A stretch of 64,000 bases of DNA, from contig OY970309.1 of the NCBI GenBank assembly GCA_963716395.1, forward strand, positions 3,456,001 to 3,520,000, read 5' to 3'. This document shows positions 49,762 through 58,402 of the stretch, in pieces. The translations under genes and the position numbers were made by a program. The notes under the pieces are model-generated. The model had not been told where the DNA came from. It ran no database searches and was given only the letters and a program-made list of their open reading frames with translations. Origin of the DNA: an uncultured Fibrobacteria bacterium (GTDB lineage: Bacteria; Fibrobacterota; Fibrobacteria; UBA11236). The number at the start of each line of letters is the position of its first letter. Positions within the stretch are counted from its first letter, which is position 1.

Positions 49762-50982
49762 TCAGCCCGCGGCGCCTTCGACCTCGCCCGCGCCGGTTGC
49801 CCCCAATAGCAAATGGGCCACGATGGGCGAATACTTTTTGCGGATCCATGCCCCGTTGGGCCGGGTGGGGCCGACTTCAAGCAGGCGCAAATCGGCGTCG
49901 AGCTCAGCCAGATGGGGAAACCACTCGCGCTGCAAGGGCGACTTCCATTCCCACAGCAACGGTTTCAAGGCGGCGCGCAGATGCGGCACCGCCGCGGCCG
50001 ACGGGAGGTCCGTGTCGAAGGGCGAGGCCAGCAGCGGCGCGACCTCGCGGAACTCGGGCGGCACGGCATGGGCTTTCAAGGCGCGCAGCCAGACGGTTTG
50101 GGGGTCGCGGCGACGCAGAAACCCGCCCAGCAAATCGAGCAGAAACAAATCGGTATGCAACAAGCCGGTGGGATTGAGCAGCAGTCCCGCCGCCGCCCGG
50201 CGTAGGGTTTTGGGCCGATCGCGGAAAGGCCCCAGAAAGATTTTCCCCGGACAATAATCCTGTGCATAAAAATTATCCCACAGCACCGGCTTACGTCCCA
50301 AAACTTTCGTGATTTCTTTCACATCGCTCGGCGCCAGGCGGCGGGATACGATGGCGGGCCCGGTCCACAGCACGGGCACATCGGCGGGCAACGACGCCGC
50401 CAGATCGCGCAGGTACACGTCGCGCTTCACGCCCGACGGCGCAAAAAAGTCCGCATACACCGTGGGGCAAAACCACAGGCGGCGCAGGCCGTTGCGGCCG
50501 CACAGGCTGTGCCGCAGGCGCCGGAGCAACAGGCCGTGCGCATGACCCAGCGATCGGAACGACCCGGAAACCGGCCGGGGCAGGTCGGGGGAAATGTCGT
50601 CCATGCACAAAGCCGCTTCTTCGCAGCCCAGGCGTTGGAAGACCCGGAACTTGCGCTCCAGGGCGCGGAAGTCGCGATCGCTGAGATAGTGGTAGCTCAA
50701 CCCGGGCGCCAGCGCCGCCACCACGGTGATGCCCCGTTTGCGCCCGGCGGCCACGAATTCCGCGAACTGCCGGCGCCAGACCTCGGGGTATTCGTCGCGC
50801 CAGTCGCGGCGATGCAGCGGATCTTCTTTGGGGGCATAAACGTAGCGGTTGGCGCCGATGGCCTGCAGGCGTTCGAGCAGGCTGGCCCGCTCGGAGAAGG
50901 AAAGCAGCCGGCCATAGTAACCTTCGATGTACCCCGAAACAAAGGCCGGGGCCGCACGGGAAGCGGAGCGTGGCAACTTCAA
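49762..50982 (-). CDS. Glycoside hydrolase family 84 (O-GlcNAcase / beta-N-acetylglucosaminidase), no signal peptide
   Basis: GYIEGYYG, YVYAPKEDPLHR, ALAPG, catalytic DD pair (CMDDI), FCPTVY, WTGP, LWDNF. The TTG start overlapping the pspC stop is inferred. Confidence 0.88.
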   Translation of the reverse strand: MKLPRSASRAAPAFVSGYIEGYYGRLLSFSERASLLERLQAIGANRYVYAPKEDPLHRRDWRDEYPEVWRRQFAEFVAAGRKRGITVVAALAPGLSYHYLSDRDFRALERKFRVFQRLGCEEAALCMDDISPDLPRPVSGSFRSLGHAHGLLLRRLRHSLCGRNGLRRLWFCPTVYADFFAPSGVKRDVYLRDLAASLPADVPVLWTGPAIVSRRLAPSDVKEITKVLGRKPVLWDNFYAQDYCPGKIFLGPFRDRPKTLRRAAAGLLLNPTGLLHTDLFLLDLLGGFLRRRDPQTVWLRALKAHAVPPEFREVAPLLASPFDTDLPSAAAVPHLRAALKPLLWEWKSPLQREWFPHLAELDADLRLLEVGPTRPNGAWIRKKYSPIVAHLLLGATGAGEVEGAAG

Positions 50983-51176
50983 TCCGCTTCCGCTTCGCGA
51001 TCGACCACGGCCCACACTAGGAGATACCCGGCCACGCAGGGGAAAAATCCCGTGGCCAGGCACAGTACCACGAAGGCCAGACGCACCCAGGAGGCATCCC
51101 ACCCCCAGGCCGTGGCCAGGCCGCCCAAGACACCCGCCACCTTGCGATCGCGGCGGGAGAGACGAAACGGTTTCAT
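50979..51176 (-). CDS. PspC domain protein
   Basis: LSRRDRKVAGVLGGLA...VRL followed by a TM helix. Confidence 0.88.
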   Translation of the reverse strand: MKPFRLSRRDRKVAGVLGGLATAWGWDASWVRLAFVVLCLATGFFPCVAGYLLVWAVVDREAEAD

Positions 51177-51943
51177 GCCGACCTCCGGGTGCGGCGCGGA
51201 CGCGACCGCATTTCCAGCGATTTCAAACCCAACTGATAGCCTCCCGACACGTCGAGGTTGGCGCCGGTGACGTAACGCGCGCGTTCCCCGGCCAGAAACT
51301 CCACGGCGTCGGCCACATCGTCGACGCTTCCCAGCCGGCCCAGGGGCACGAAATCGGCGGGCCGGCGCGGCTTTTCCACGCTGTTGGCGAGGATGCCCGG
51401 CGACACCATGTTCACGCGCACACCGCGCGGCCCCAGCGCCTGCGCCAGCGACTTGGTCAGGATGAGCAGGCCGGTCTTGGAAATCAAATAGGCGGTGTTA
51501 TGCGTGGTGCCGGTCAGACTTTCCACGCCGGCATAGCCGATGTTGACAATCGATCCTCCCGCGGCCGAGAACAAGGGATGCGCGGCCTGGATAAGCCGGA
51601 AGCAGGCACTGAGGTTTATATGCAAGGTCTGTTCAAAGTCCGCGGGCGCATAGCGCAGCAGCGGGCCGGGAAGATACACGCCGACGTTGTTGACCAGCAC
51701 ATCGAGCCGGCCGGTTCGCTCCCGCACCGCGGAGACGAGGCGCGCGATGTGCGCCGGCCGCCCCAAATCGCCGCGCAGCAGCGCCCCGTCTCCGCCCTGC
51801 CGGCGGATGGCGCGCAGCACTTCTTCAGCGTGAGATCGCGAAGTGCGGTAATGCACGAAGGTGAAATAGCCCTGGGCAGCCAACCGCAAGGCCAGAGCGC
51901 GGCCCAGCCTTTGCGCCGAACCCGTGACCCACGCGACTTTCAT
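51173..51943 (-). CDS. SDR oxidoreductase, FolM/pteridine reductase-like
   Basis: TGSAQRLG, VHYRTS, LVNNVG, YLISK, VRVNMVSPG; adjacent to folB. Confidence 0.85.
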   Translation of the reverse strand: MKVAWVTGSAQRLGRALALRLAAQGYFTFVHYRTSRSHAEEVLRAIRRQGGDGALLRGDLGRPAHIARLVSAVRERTGRLDVLVNNVGVYLPGPLLRYAPADFEQTLHINLSACFRLIQAAHPLFSAAGGSIVNIGYAGVESLTGTTHNTAYLISKTGLLILTKSLAQALGPRGVRVNMVSPGILANSVEKPRRPADFVPLGRLGSVDDVADAVEFLAGERARYVTGANLDVSGGYQLGLKSLEMRSRPRRTRRSA

Positions 51944-52299
51944 GCCGGCCGCTCCCGATCGACGGTGACCGCGGCGCATTCGGCTTCGGGCAGCGCGGCC
52001 GGTTTGCGGATGGTGAGGCGGCAGCGGCGCAGCCGGGGTTCTTGCGCCAGAATCCGGTCGCAGGCGCGACGCGCCAAAGTTTCGATGAGACGAAAGCGCT
52101 CGGCGCGCACGAACGCGGCCAAGTCTTCGGTCACGCGCGTATAATCCACGGTGTCGTCCAGGCGATCCGAAGCGGCGGCGGTGGAAAAGTCGAACCAGAG
52201 ATCGGCGTCGACCAGCAAATCCTGCTCGCGTTTACGCTCATGCGCATGCACGCCCACAATGCAGCGCACCTGCAAAGCGCGCACGCTCAAACGGTCCAC
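51940..52299 (-). CDS. folB: Dihydroneopterin aldolase
   Basis: IVGVHAHER...Q, SDRLDDTVDY, LIETLA, KPAA. Confidence 0.93.
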   Translation of the reverse strand: MDRLSVRALQVRCIVGVHAHERKREQDLLVDADLWFDFSTAAASDRLDDTVDYTRVTEDLAAFVRAERFRLIETLARRACDRILAQEPRLRRCRLTIRKPAALPEAECAAVTVDRERPA

Positions 52300-53153
52300 A
52301 GGGTTCGCACTCCTTCCCGCATTTTATCCAGCAACAGCCGGGTCGGCGTATTCAAATCAAGATGGGCCGCCACGGACAAAGGCGTCCAAAGATAGTCGAC
52401 CCCTTCGTGGTTAAGGCGAACCTGCGGGCGCAGTCCCGCCACCCGGGCCACGTAATTCAACAGCACGAAATGGCGCGGCCGGAAAAACTCGGGGCTTTCC
52501 ACGCAATCTTGCGCCATCACCAATTCGCAAGCGGACAGATCCAATCCGGTTTCTTCGCGCATCTCGCGGCGCAACGCGGCTTCCAGGGTTTCGCCGTATT
52601 GCACCTTGCCGCCGGGTATGCCCCATTTGTTCGACCACTTGCGCGTACGCACGAACAATGCCTCGCCGGCTGCGTCGCGCACAAGTCCGCCCACGGTCGT
52701 AATGGGCAGTTGCTTCTGTTCCATGGCCGCGGCCCTGAGTGCCGCCTGGGCCAAATCCGCAACCCCGGTGAAGACGTCTTCCACGCCGGCCGACTGCAAG
52801 GCAAGCACTTCGGATGGCGCCGCCAGCGCCCAATAGGCCACCGAAGCGGCGCGGGCCACCGCCGCGAGTTCCACGCCATTTCCGATCAAGGCGGTTTCAT
52901 CGCGACTCAGAGCCGCCGATGCGAGGTGCGCCTGCAAGGCGGCGGCGCCGCGCTCCCGCCGGCCCCAACATCCGGAAAAGCCCGTGAACGTCTCCCCCGC
53001 CCCGAACCTCGCGGCCGGCCCGGCGGCTTCGCCTTCGGCCCACAAATACAGCGTATGCCATCGGCTCAGCCAGGGCAGCTCGCGCCGCCAGTCGGCCTGT
53101 CGGAAGGGTGCGCCCTCATCCCCCAACGCCGAATCGGACACGATGAAATTCAT
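52287..53153 (-). CDS. NUDIX hydrolase with degenerate HAD-like N-terminal region
   Basis: Nudix box GGKVQYGETLEAALRREMREETGL. The N-half has ETALIGN and LQSAGVEDVF, resembling a HAD C-terminal region without its catalytic Asp residues. Confidence 0.85.
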   Translation of the reverse strand: MNFIVSDSALGDEGAPFRQADWRRELPWLSRWHTLYLWAEGEAAGPAARFGAGETFTGFSGCWGRRERGAAALQAHLASAALSRDETALIGNGVELAAVARAASVAYWALAAPSEVLALQSAGVEDVFTGVADLAQAALRAAAMEQKQLPITTVGGLVRDAAGEALFVRTRKWSNKWGIPGGKVQYGETLEAALRREMREETGLDLSACELVMAQDCVESPEFFRPRHFVLLNYVARVAGLRPQVRLNHEGVDYLWTPLSVAAHLDLNTPTRLLLDKMREGVRTLWTV

Positions 53154-53752
53154 GCCGGGCCGGATTCCAACAGCCGCAGCGCGTCATCGAGGCGGCGCTC
53201 CAGCGAACGGGTTTCCAAAAGGCGCTGGGCATAGATGGGCGGCAACTGCAAACAGCCGCAGAGAAACAGGGAGTAATTCACGGCATCCAACCGCTCGCGC
53301 TCGCCGGCCAGAAGCTCGCGCATGCGCGTCGACACCCAGCTTTCCGTGGATGCGGCCATATCGAGAATGCGCGCCTCCAACTCCGGAAGACGCGCCGCGG
53401 ATTCCGGGTCAGCGCTCTCGTCGCCATAGGTGTCGCACTGCGCCGAAAGATAGGGATGCCGGGCGCGATCCAGCTTTTCCAGATAAACGCGGCGCAGACC
53501 CAGCGGTTTGATGCATTGAAAATCTCCCTGCCTCTCGATGCTTTCAAAGCGCACCAAGGTGCCGACCCGAAAGGGCGTGGCCGGCCCTCCGACTTCCGAT
53601 CCGTGGCTGATGAGCGAGATCACGAAATGCGGATGATCGGCGGCGTCCTCGAGCAGACGGAGGTAGCGTTCCTCGAAGATGCGTAAGGCGATGCGATGTC
53701 CCGGAAAGCAAACGGACCGCAGTGGAAAGACCGGAAACCACGCCGGTTCCAT
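53150..53752 (-). CDS. LON peptidase substrate-binding (N-terminal) domain protein
   Basis: PVFPLRSVCFPG..LRIFEERY, VGT, QRLLE...RL; no ATPase or protease domain. Confidence 0.88.
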   Translation of the reverse strand: MEPAWFPVFPLRSVCFPGHRIALRIFEERYLRLLEDAADHPHFVISLISHGSEVGGPATPFRVGTLVRFESIERQGDFQCIKPLGLRRVYLEKLDRARHPYLSAQCDTYGDESADPESAARLPELEARILDMAASTESWVSTRMRELLAGERERLDAVNYSLFLCGCLQLPPIYAQRLLETRSLERRLDDALRLLESGPA

Positions 53753-53817
53753 GGCTGAATAATACTCATCGCATCCGCGGCCATAATCGCCTGAAGTCCT
53801 TTTGTAGATTAGCCGCG

Positions 53818-54975
53818 ATGCGCCCAAAACGTGCACCGTTTTTGCTTGGGATCGTGGTGCTGTGCGTGGCGGTGTCGCGCACACCGGCCCTGGATGAAGC
53901 CGAAGGCGTGAATCTTACCGCCGACGAAGCCCTGGGGGCGGTGCGTCCCGGCTACGCGTTGCTGCATGCGGGATTCCAGCAGGGCGCCGACGGCGCCTTG
54001 AACGCGCCCGCCTCCATGAACGATGTCAACGATTTGACTTTCACCACCGCGCATGCGGAAGAATTCGACGCCGCGAATTTCGATTGCGCCACCTTGCTTC
54101 TGCCCTGGAATGAGAGCAGTACCCTGGGTTTCGGCCTGGCGCGCTACGCGGTCAGCAATATCGAGATCCGGCCGGCTGGAGAGGATGACCAACCCGAAAA
54201 TCCCCAGCTTTTCACCGCAGCCGATTGGCTGCTCTCCGGGGCTTTTGCCCGCCGCTTCGGCAGCTTGGACGTGGGCGGAACCCTGCATCTGCTGTATCGG
54301 CAATTGGATCAGAGCGGCCTGGGTATGCGGGCCGACGGCATGGCGCAGTATACCTTCGGCAGACAATACCGCGTGGGCGCTTATCTCAGCGGCCTGGCGC
54401 CTTCCATCGCCCGCTGGAGTTCGGGATATTCGGAGTACGACCCCCCGGAAGCTTCGGCCTTTTTCTCGGCGCGCTGGCCCCTGCCCTATTTTTACGGCCA
54501 ACTGCAAGCCGGTTGGGAAACCGCGGGGCTGTTCCAGGGCTCGGGAAAATCCGCCACCGGCATGCAGGAAAATCGCGCCTTCTATCATCCCGAAGTGCTG
54601 CTCGCCACTTCGCGTCTCGGGGCCCAATTCATTTTCGACTTCGGCCTGACCCTGCGCGCCGGCTTCGAAGAACTCGATCCCTCTTCGGCGACTTCCACCA
54701 TTCATCTCGGCGCCGGGTACAGTTGGAAGCATATCCTGGGAATCGATTACGCCTTTACCTCGCATCCGGAATTGGGCGGCAGCCATCGGTTGGCCCTGCA
54801 ATTCACACCCGTGTTTCCCCGATTCGACGGCCGCGGAATTCGCCCGCATGTGTATCGGAGGATGGCCGCGCCCACAGCCGATTCCTCGGTCGAACGGAAT
54901 GCGCCTGCGGCACCGCTCAAAATCGCGCCCGATTCCGGCGCCGTTCCGGTCAAGGAAATTCTGGAAACCGATTGA
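53818..54975 (+). CDS. PorV/PorQ-like outer-membrane beta-barrel
   Basis: Signal peptide, NAPAS (usually NPA) early motif, alternating beta strands, LRAG, GAGY, IDYAFTSHPELGGSHRLAL. Confidence 0.72.
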   Translation: MRPKRAPFLLGIVVLCVAVSRTPALDEAEGVNLTADEALGAVRPGYALLHAGFQQGADGALNAPASMNDVNDLTFTTAHAEEFDAANFDCATLLLPWNESSTLGFGLARYAVSNIEIRPAGEDDQPENPQLFTAADWLLSGAFARRFGSLDVGGTLHLLYRQLDQSGLGMRADGMAQYTFGRQYRVGAYLSGLAPSIARWSSGYSEYDPPEASAFFSARWPLPYFYGQLQAGWETAGLFQGSGKSATGMQENRAFYHPEVLLATSRLGAQFIFDFGLTLRAGFEELDPSSATSTIHLGAGYSWKHILGIDYAFTSHPELGGSHRLALQFTPVFPRFDGRGIRPHVYRRMAAPTADSSVERNAPAAPLKIAPDSGAVPVKEILETD

Positions 54976-55072
54976 CGCCGAATGAAATAATATCCCACTT
55001 CCGGTACTTCCCCCGCTCGGTTGGATTGGGAAAAGCCCAAGGGAGAAAGGTCGAAAACCGGGGAAAGAAATG

Positions 55073-55102
55073 CGAAAATTTATACATTGGGATAGATTTT
55101 CG
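55073..55102. promoter_or_regulatory. Inverted repeat (operator candidate) around a TACATT box
   Basis: CGAAAATTTA-N10-TAGATTTTCG (9/10 match) upstream of the STAS-PEGA gene. Confidence 0.4.
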
Positions 55103-55155
55103 AATTCCTTGGATAAGTCTTCCCTAACACAGCCTGTTCCGGGCGTCACCAGGGG

Positions 55156-57213
55156 GTGGGTATTAAATTCGACATTCGATCCGTCGGGATATTCGACGTG
55201 GTCTCGGCCCGGCTCAACGACGGTGAAGTCTTTGATTCAGCCAAATTAAAGAATACCATCCGCTTTCTCATCGAAAACGATATGCGCAATATCGTGATCG
55301 ATCTGGGAAGCCTCGAGTACCTGTACAGCGACACCATCAACGCTTTCATCGCGTCGAACCGCCACATGCTGGAAGTGAGCGGGCGCATCGCCATTTTAAC
55401 CGAGCACCCCAAGGTGCAGGACATTCTGAAACGAGCCGGTCTCGACAATATCATGCGCATCTACCGTTCCGAGGCGGAAATGGTGGCGGACTCGAAGGAA
55501 ATTCTGCGGCAAACCTCCAGCTACCGCATCGATGAATTGGCCAAAGCATCAAGTCATCCCGGGGTTCTGCCGGCCGAAATCAACGAGCCGACTCCCCCCA
55601 AAACCGAATTCGACGATTTCCGCAGCGAAATCGGCCAACGTCTCGGCAACAAATTGGAGAACAACGAGGTGCCGCAATACCAATACGGCACCCCTCCCAC
55701 GACCTTCAATCCTCCGCCCGCCCCTCCGACCCCGACGCTGGGCGGCTTTTCGCCCCCCGCTCAACCTGCGGGATACGGATATCCGCCTCCGACTCCGGCG
55801 CCCGAAACTCCCCCCAACCCGCAGTACCAGGCAGGTTACACACCGGCGGCACCCACGCCTCCGTCGTATCCTCCCGCGGGTTACCCGGTTTCGAACTTCG
55901 ACTACCCCACGGTGCAAATGCCGGCAGGCGGCTACGCCGCCACGCCACCGACACCGCCGCCCGAGTCGCGTTCGACCTTTGAAACGGGCGACTACACGCG
56001 CGACCGAAAAGAGTCTCCCGACCGCCAACGCGGTCCTTCCGGACGCAAACCGCCTCCGCGCCGGGTCGGAGGACGCAGCGAGTTCGAAGCGCGGGAGTCC
56101 GAGCGCGAAGAACGCGCTCCGGAGCCGGTCGTTGCCGCGCCGACGCGCGAGTCTTACCCGGAAGAGACGACGCCGAGAAGCGTATCCCCCTTATTGGAAA
56201 AACGTTCTTCCTTTGCCCCGATTTTGTTCGGCCTGATCATGCTGCTGGTGATCGGTGGGGCCGGAATCTTTTTGTTCACGCGTCCGCACACGGCGCAAAC
56301 CGCCCGGGTCACACCGCCTCCGGCGCCGGTTTCCACCGCGCCGGCCACGCCGGTGGCGACGCCCGCGCCTGCCGAGTCGACCTCGCAAGCCGCAGTGCCG
56401 GCTCCAACTCCGGCACCGCCCCCCGCCCCAAGCAAGGCGCCAGCCACTCCTCCGGTCGAAAAACCGGCGCCAGCCTCCAAACCTGTAGCGCGTCCGCATG
56501 CCGAAGCGCCCCGTCCCCGGGTGGTGGAGCATGAACGACCCCGGGTCCACAAAGTACCGGCCGACCATCTCGAAATTACCAGCACTCCTCCGGGAGCCGA
56601 CGTGCTGGTCAACTTCGCCAAAAAAGGTGTGACGCCTCTCACCGTGGCACTCCTCAACAACGCCAACCGCATCATTGTGAAAATGAACGGCTACAAGCGG
56701 TACGAAACCACGGTGAGCCGCAACACCAAAAACCGCGAGTTGAACGTCAATCTGGAACCGGAGAATTCTTCGGGCGCCGCCGAAACACCTTCTACTCCAG
56801 CGCCGGAAGCCTCCTCGCCTCCGCCCGCAACGACACCCTCCTTCGAGCAACCGATTTCACCACCGCCGGAAATCGAAGCACAGCCGTCCCCGGCACCCGC
56901 CCCGGCCCCAGCCGCCGTAACGCCCGCTCCCGCGCCCGAAACAGCCGCATCCGCAGCGGAAACTCCGGCTCCCTCCGAAAACGCGGGTTTTGCGCCCGGT
57001 AATGGCCCCGAAGGCATCATTTTTCTCTCCAGCACGCCCGCACGCGCCGACATCTACGTCGACGGCAAACCGCTGAACCAGAAAACTCCGTATAAGCTTT
57101 CCATCCCTTCGGGCCAGCACCGCATCGAAATGTCCAAGGACGGCTTGAAAGCCTCCGTCACCCAAAACGTCAATCCGGGACGGAACCGAGCCCTCTTGTT
57201 GATGCTGCAATAA
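55156..57213 (+). CDS. STAS domain - Pro-rich - TM - Pro-rich - 2x PEGA domain protein
   Basis: STAS: IVIDLGSLEYLYS...KVQDILKRAGLD. One TM. PEGA: ITSTPPGADV..GVTPL and SSTPARADIYVDG..KTP..G.H.I. Confidence 0.85.
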   Translation: MGIKFDIRSVGIFDVVSARLNDGEVFDSAKLKNTIRFLIENDMRNIVIDLGSLEYLYSDTINAFIASNRHMLEVSGRIAILTEHPKVQDILKRAGLDNIMRIYRSEAEMVADSKEILRQTSSYRIDELAKASSHPGVLPAEINEPTPPKTEFDDFRSEIGQRLGNKLENNEVPQYQYGTPPTTFNPPPAPPTPTLGGFSPPAQPAGYGYPPPTPAPETPPNPQYQAGYTPAAPTPPSYPPAGYPVSNFDYPTVQMPAGGYAATPPTPPPESRSTFETGDYTRDRKESPDRQRGPSGRKPPPRRVGGRSEFEARESEREERAPEPVVAAPTRESYPEETTPRSVSPLLEKRSSFAPILFGLIMLLVIGGAGIFLFTRPHTAQTARVTPPPAPVSTAPATPVATPAPAESTSQAAVPAPTPAPPPAPSKAPATPPVEKPAPASKPVARPHAEAPRPRVVEHERPRVHKVPADHLEITSTPPGADVLVNFAKKGVTPLTVALLNNANRIIVKMNGYKRYETTVSRNTKNRELNVNLEPENSSGAAETPSTPAPEASSPPPATTPSFEQPISPPPEIEAQPSPAPAPAPAAVTPAPAPETAASAAETPAPSENAGFAPGNGPEGIIFLSSTPARADIYVDGKPLNQKTPYKLSIPSGQHRIEMSKDGLKASVTQNVNPGRNRALLLMLQ

Positions 57214-57218
57214 CCGCA

Positions 57219-57251
57219 GCGGACGAATACGCCCGTATTCGTCCGCCCTTT
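57219..57251 (+). terminator. Strong hairpin / terminator candidate
   Basis: Perfect 12-bp stem GCGGACGAATAC-GCCC-GTATTCGTCCGC followed by CCTTT (short U tract). Confidence 0.6.
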
Positions 57252-57255
57252 GCCC

Positions 57256-57600
57256 ATGCCTCCAGACTGGAAAACCTGCTACGCGTCCCTGCATGCCCGC
57301 GGCGAGGCGACATTTCCGCCCGCGGGCCTACACTACTTGTTGCAATTGACCCGGCAAGCCTACCGCGATCGCGGTGGAAAGCCGCTTTTGCCCCGGGAAT
57401 GGACGGAGGAATTCCGGCGGCGCATCCGGGCCGATTTCGGCCGACTGGGCCCGGCGGTTTTGGAGCATTGGGAATTGCGCCGCGCCGAGGATTTGGGCCA
57501 AGCCTTGCTGCTGCTGGGCCAAATCGGCTGCCTGCAATTGGGCGCCGAGGACACGGTTTCGGCCTTTGCGGCCGAAGGCACCTTGTGGACAGAGAAGTAA
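57256..57600 (+). CDS. Minf_1886-like small conserved protein
   Basis: FGRLGPAVLEHW.....DLG......G.L....DT...F matches my recollection of this family. Confidence 0.65.
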   Translation: MPPDWKTCYASLHARGEATFPPAGLHYLLQLTRQAYRDRGGKPLLPREWTEEFRRRIRADFGRLGPAVLEHWELRRAEDLGQALLLLGQIGCLQLGAEDTVSAFAAEGTLWTEK

Positions 57601-58347
57601 ATGCCGTCCCACTTTCGGAATCGACTACTGTATTTTACATTCGTGACCATAATCATTTCTTGCAGTCAAACCACTTGGCCCGATCGCCCCTCCCAGGAAG
57701 TCGACGGCGTCGCGGTGAATTTTTTGCGCTTCTGGCCCGAACCCCAACCCTACACGGCCCAAGGAGACACCGCCATCGTCCTCTTTCAAGGCCTGCAGCG
57801 TGGCTTCGTGTGCGCGCAAATTCTCGCCGCCGACCCCGCCTTGCAAACCCAAACCGGGGGCGGCGTCATTCAGCCGGAAACCCGCATCGCCCTGCCGGCC
57901 GACGGCTCTTGTCCCGTGGACTTCATCGGCCTGGACACCGCGTACCGCGTGCAGGCGGGAATGGCGGCGGGCGACCGGCTTTACCTCAAAACGCCCGGCG
58001 GTGCGATTACCGATTCAACCGAATTCGTCACGGCCGCGGTGTCCTCCGACTCCTTTTCGGTGGTTTCCGACACCACCGACACCGCTGACACCGATGTCGT
58101 CATCGGTGGATTCGCGTTTCACGACTCCACGGCATTGGCTCCTACGCGCAGCCTGACGGCGGATTCGCTGCCGGCTTGCGAAACTTTTTACGGCGCCGTG
58201 TATACTTTTTCGCAGGATACCGTGCACGTGCGCTTTCGCCTTTTGCGCCTCGACTCCTCCCAATACGCCGGGCAACCCCTGTGCGCGGGACCGCATCCCG
58301 ACACCGTCACCATCGTTCCCGATAGCTACGATCTTCCGGCCTGGTAA
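57601..58347 (+). CDS. Hypothetical lipoprotein
   Basis: Lipobox-like IIISC; Asp/Thr-rich beta composition with paired Cys. Confidence 0.7.
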   Translation: MPSHFRNRLLYFTFVTIIISCSQTTWPDRPSQEVDGVAVNFLRFWPEPQPYTAQGDTAIVLFQGLQRGFVCAQILAADPALQTQTGGGVIQPETRIALPADGSCPVDFIGLDTAYRVQAGMAAGDRLYLKTPGGAITDSTEFVTAAVSSDSFSVVSDTTDTADTDVVIGGFAFHDSTALAPTRSLTADSLPACETFYGAVYTFSQDTVHVRFRLLRLDSSQYAGQPLCAGPHPDTVTIVPDSYDLPAW

Positions 58348-58402
58348 AGCCAGTAACTTGAAAGTTACGGGCTTTCTGGATTCGCCGGCCCGGCTCTAAA
58401 TG

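Noticed and set aside
55680-56990. Tandem repeats or a CRISPR-like array in low-complexity DNA
   Set aside because: Pro/Ala/Thr-rich coding linkers with no regular repeat-spacer period; no cas genes seen.
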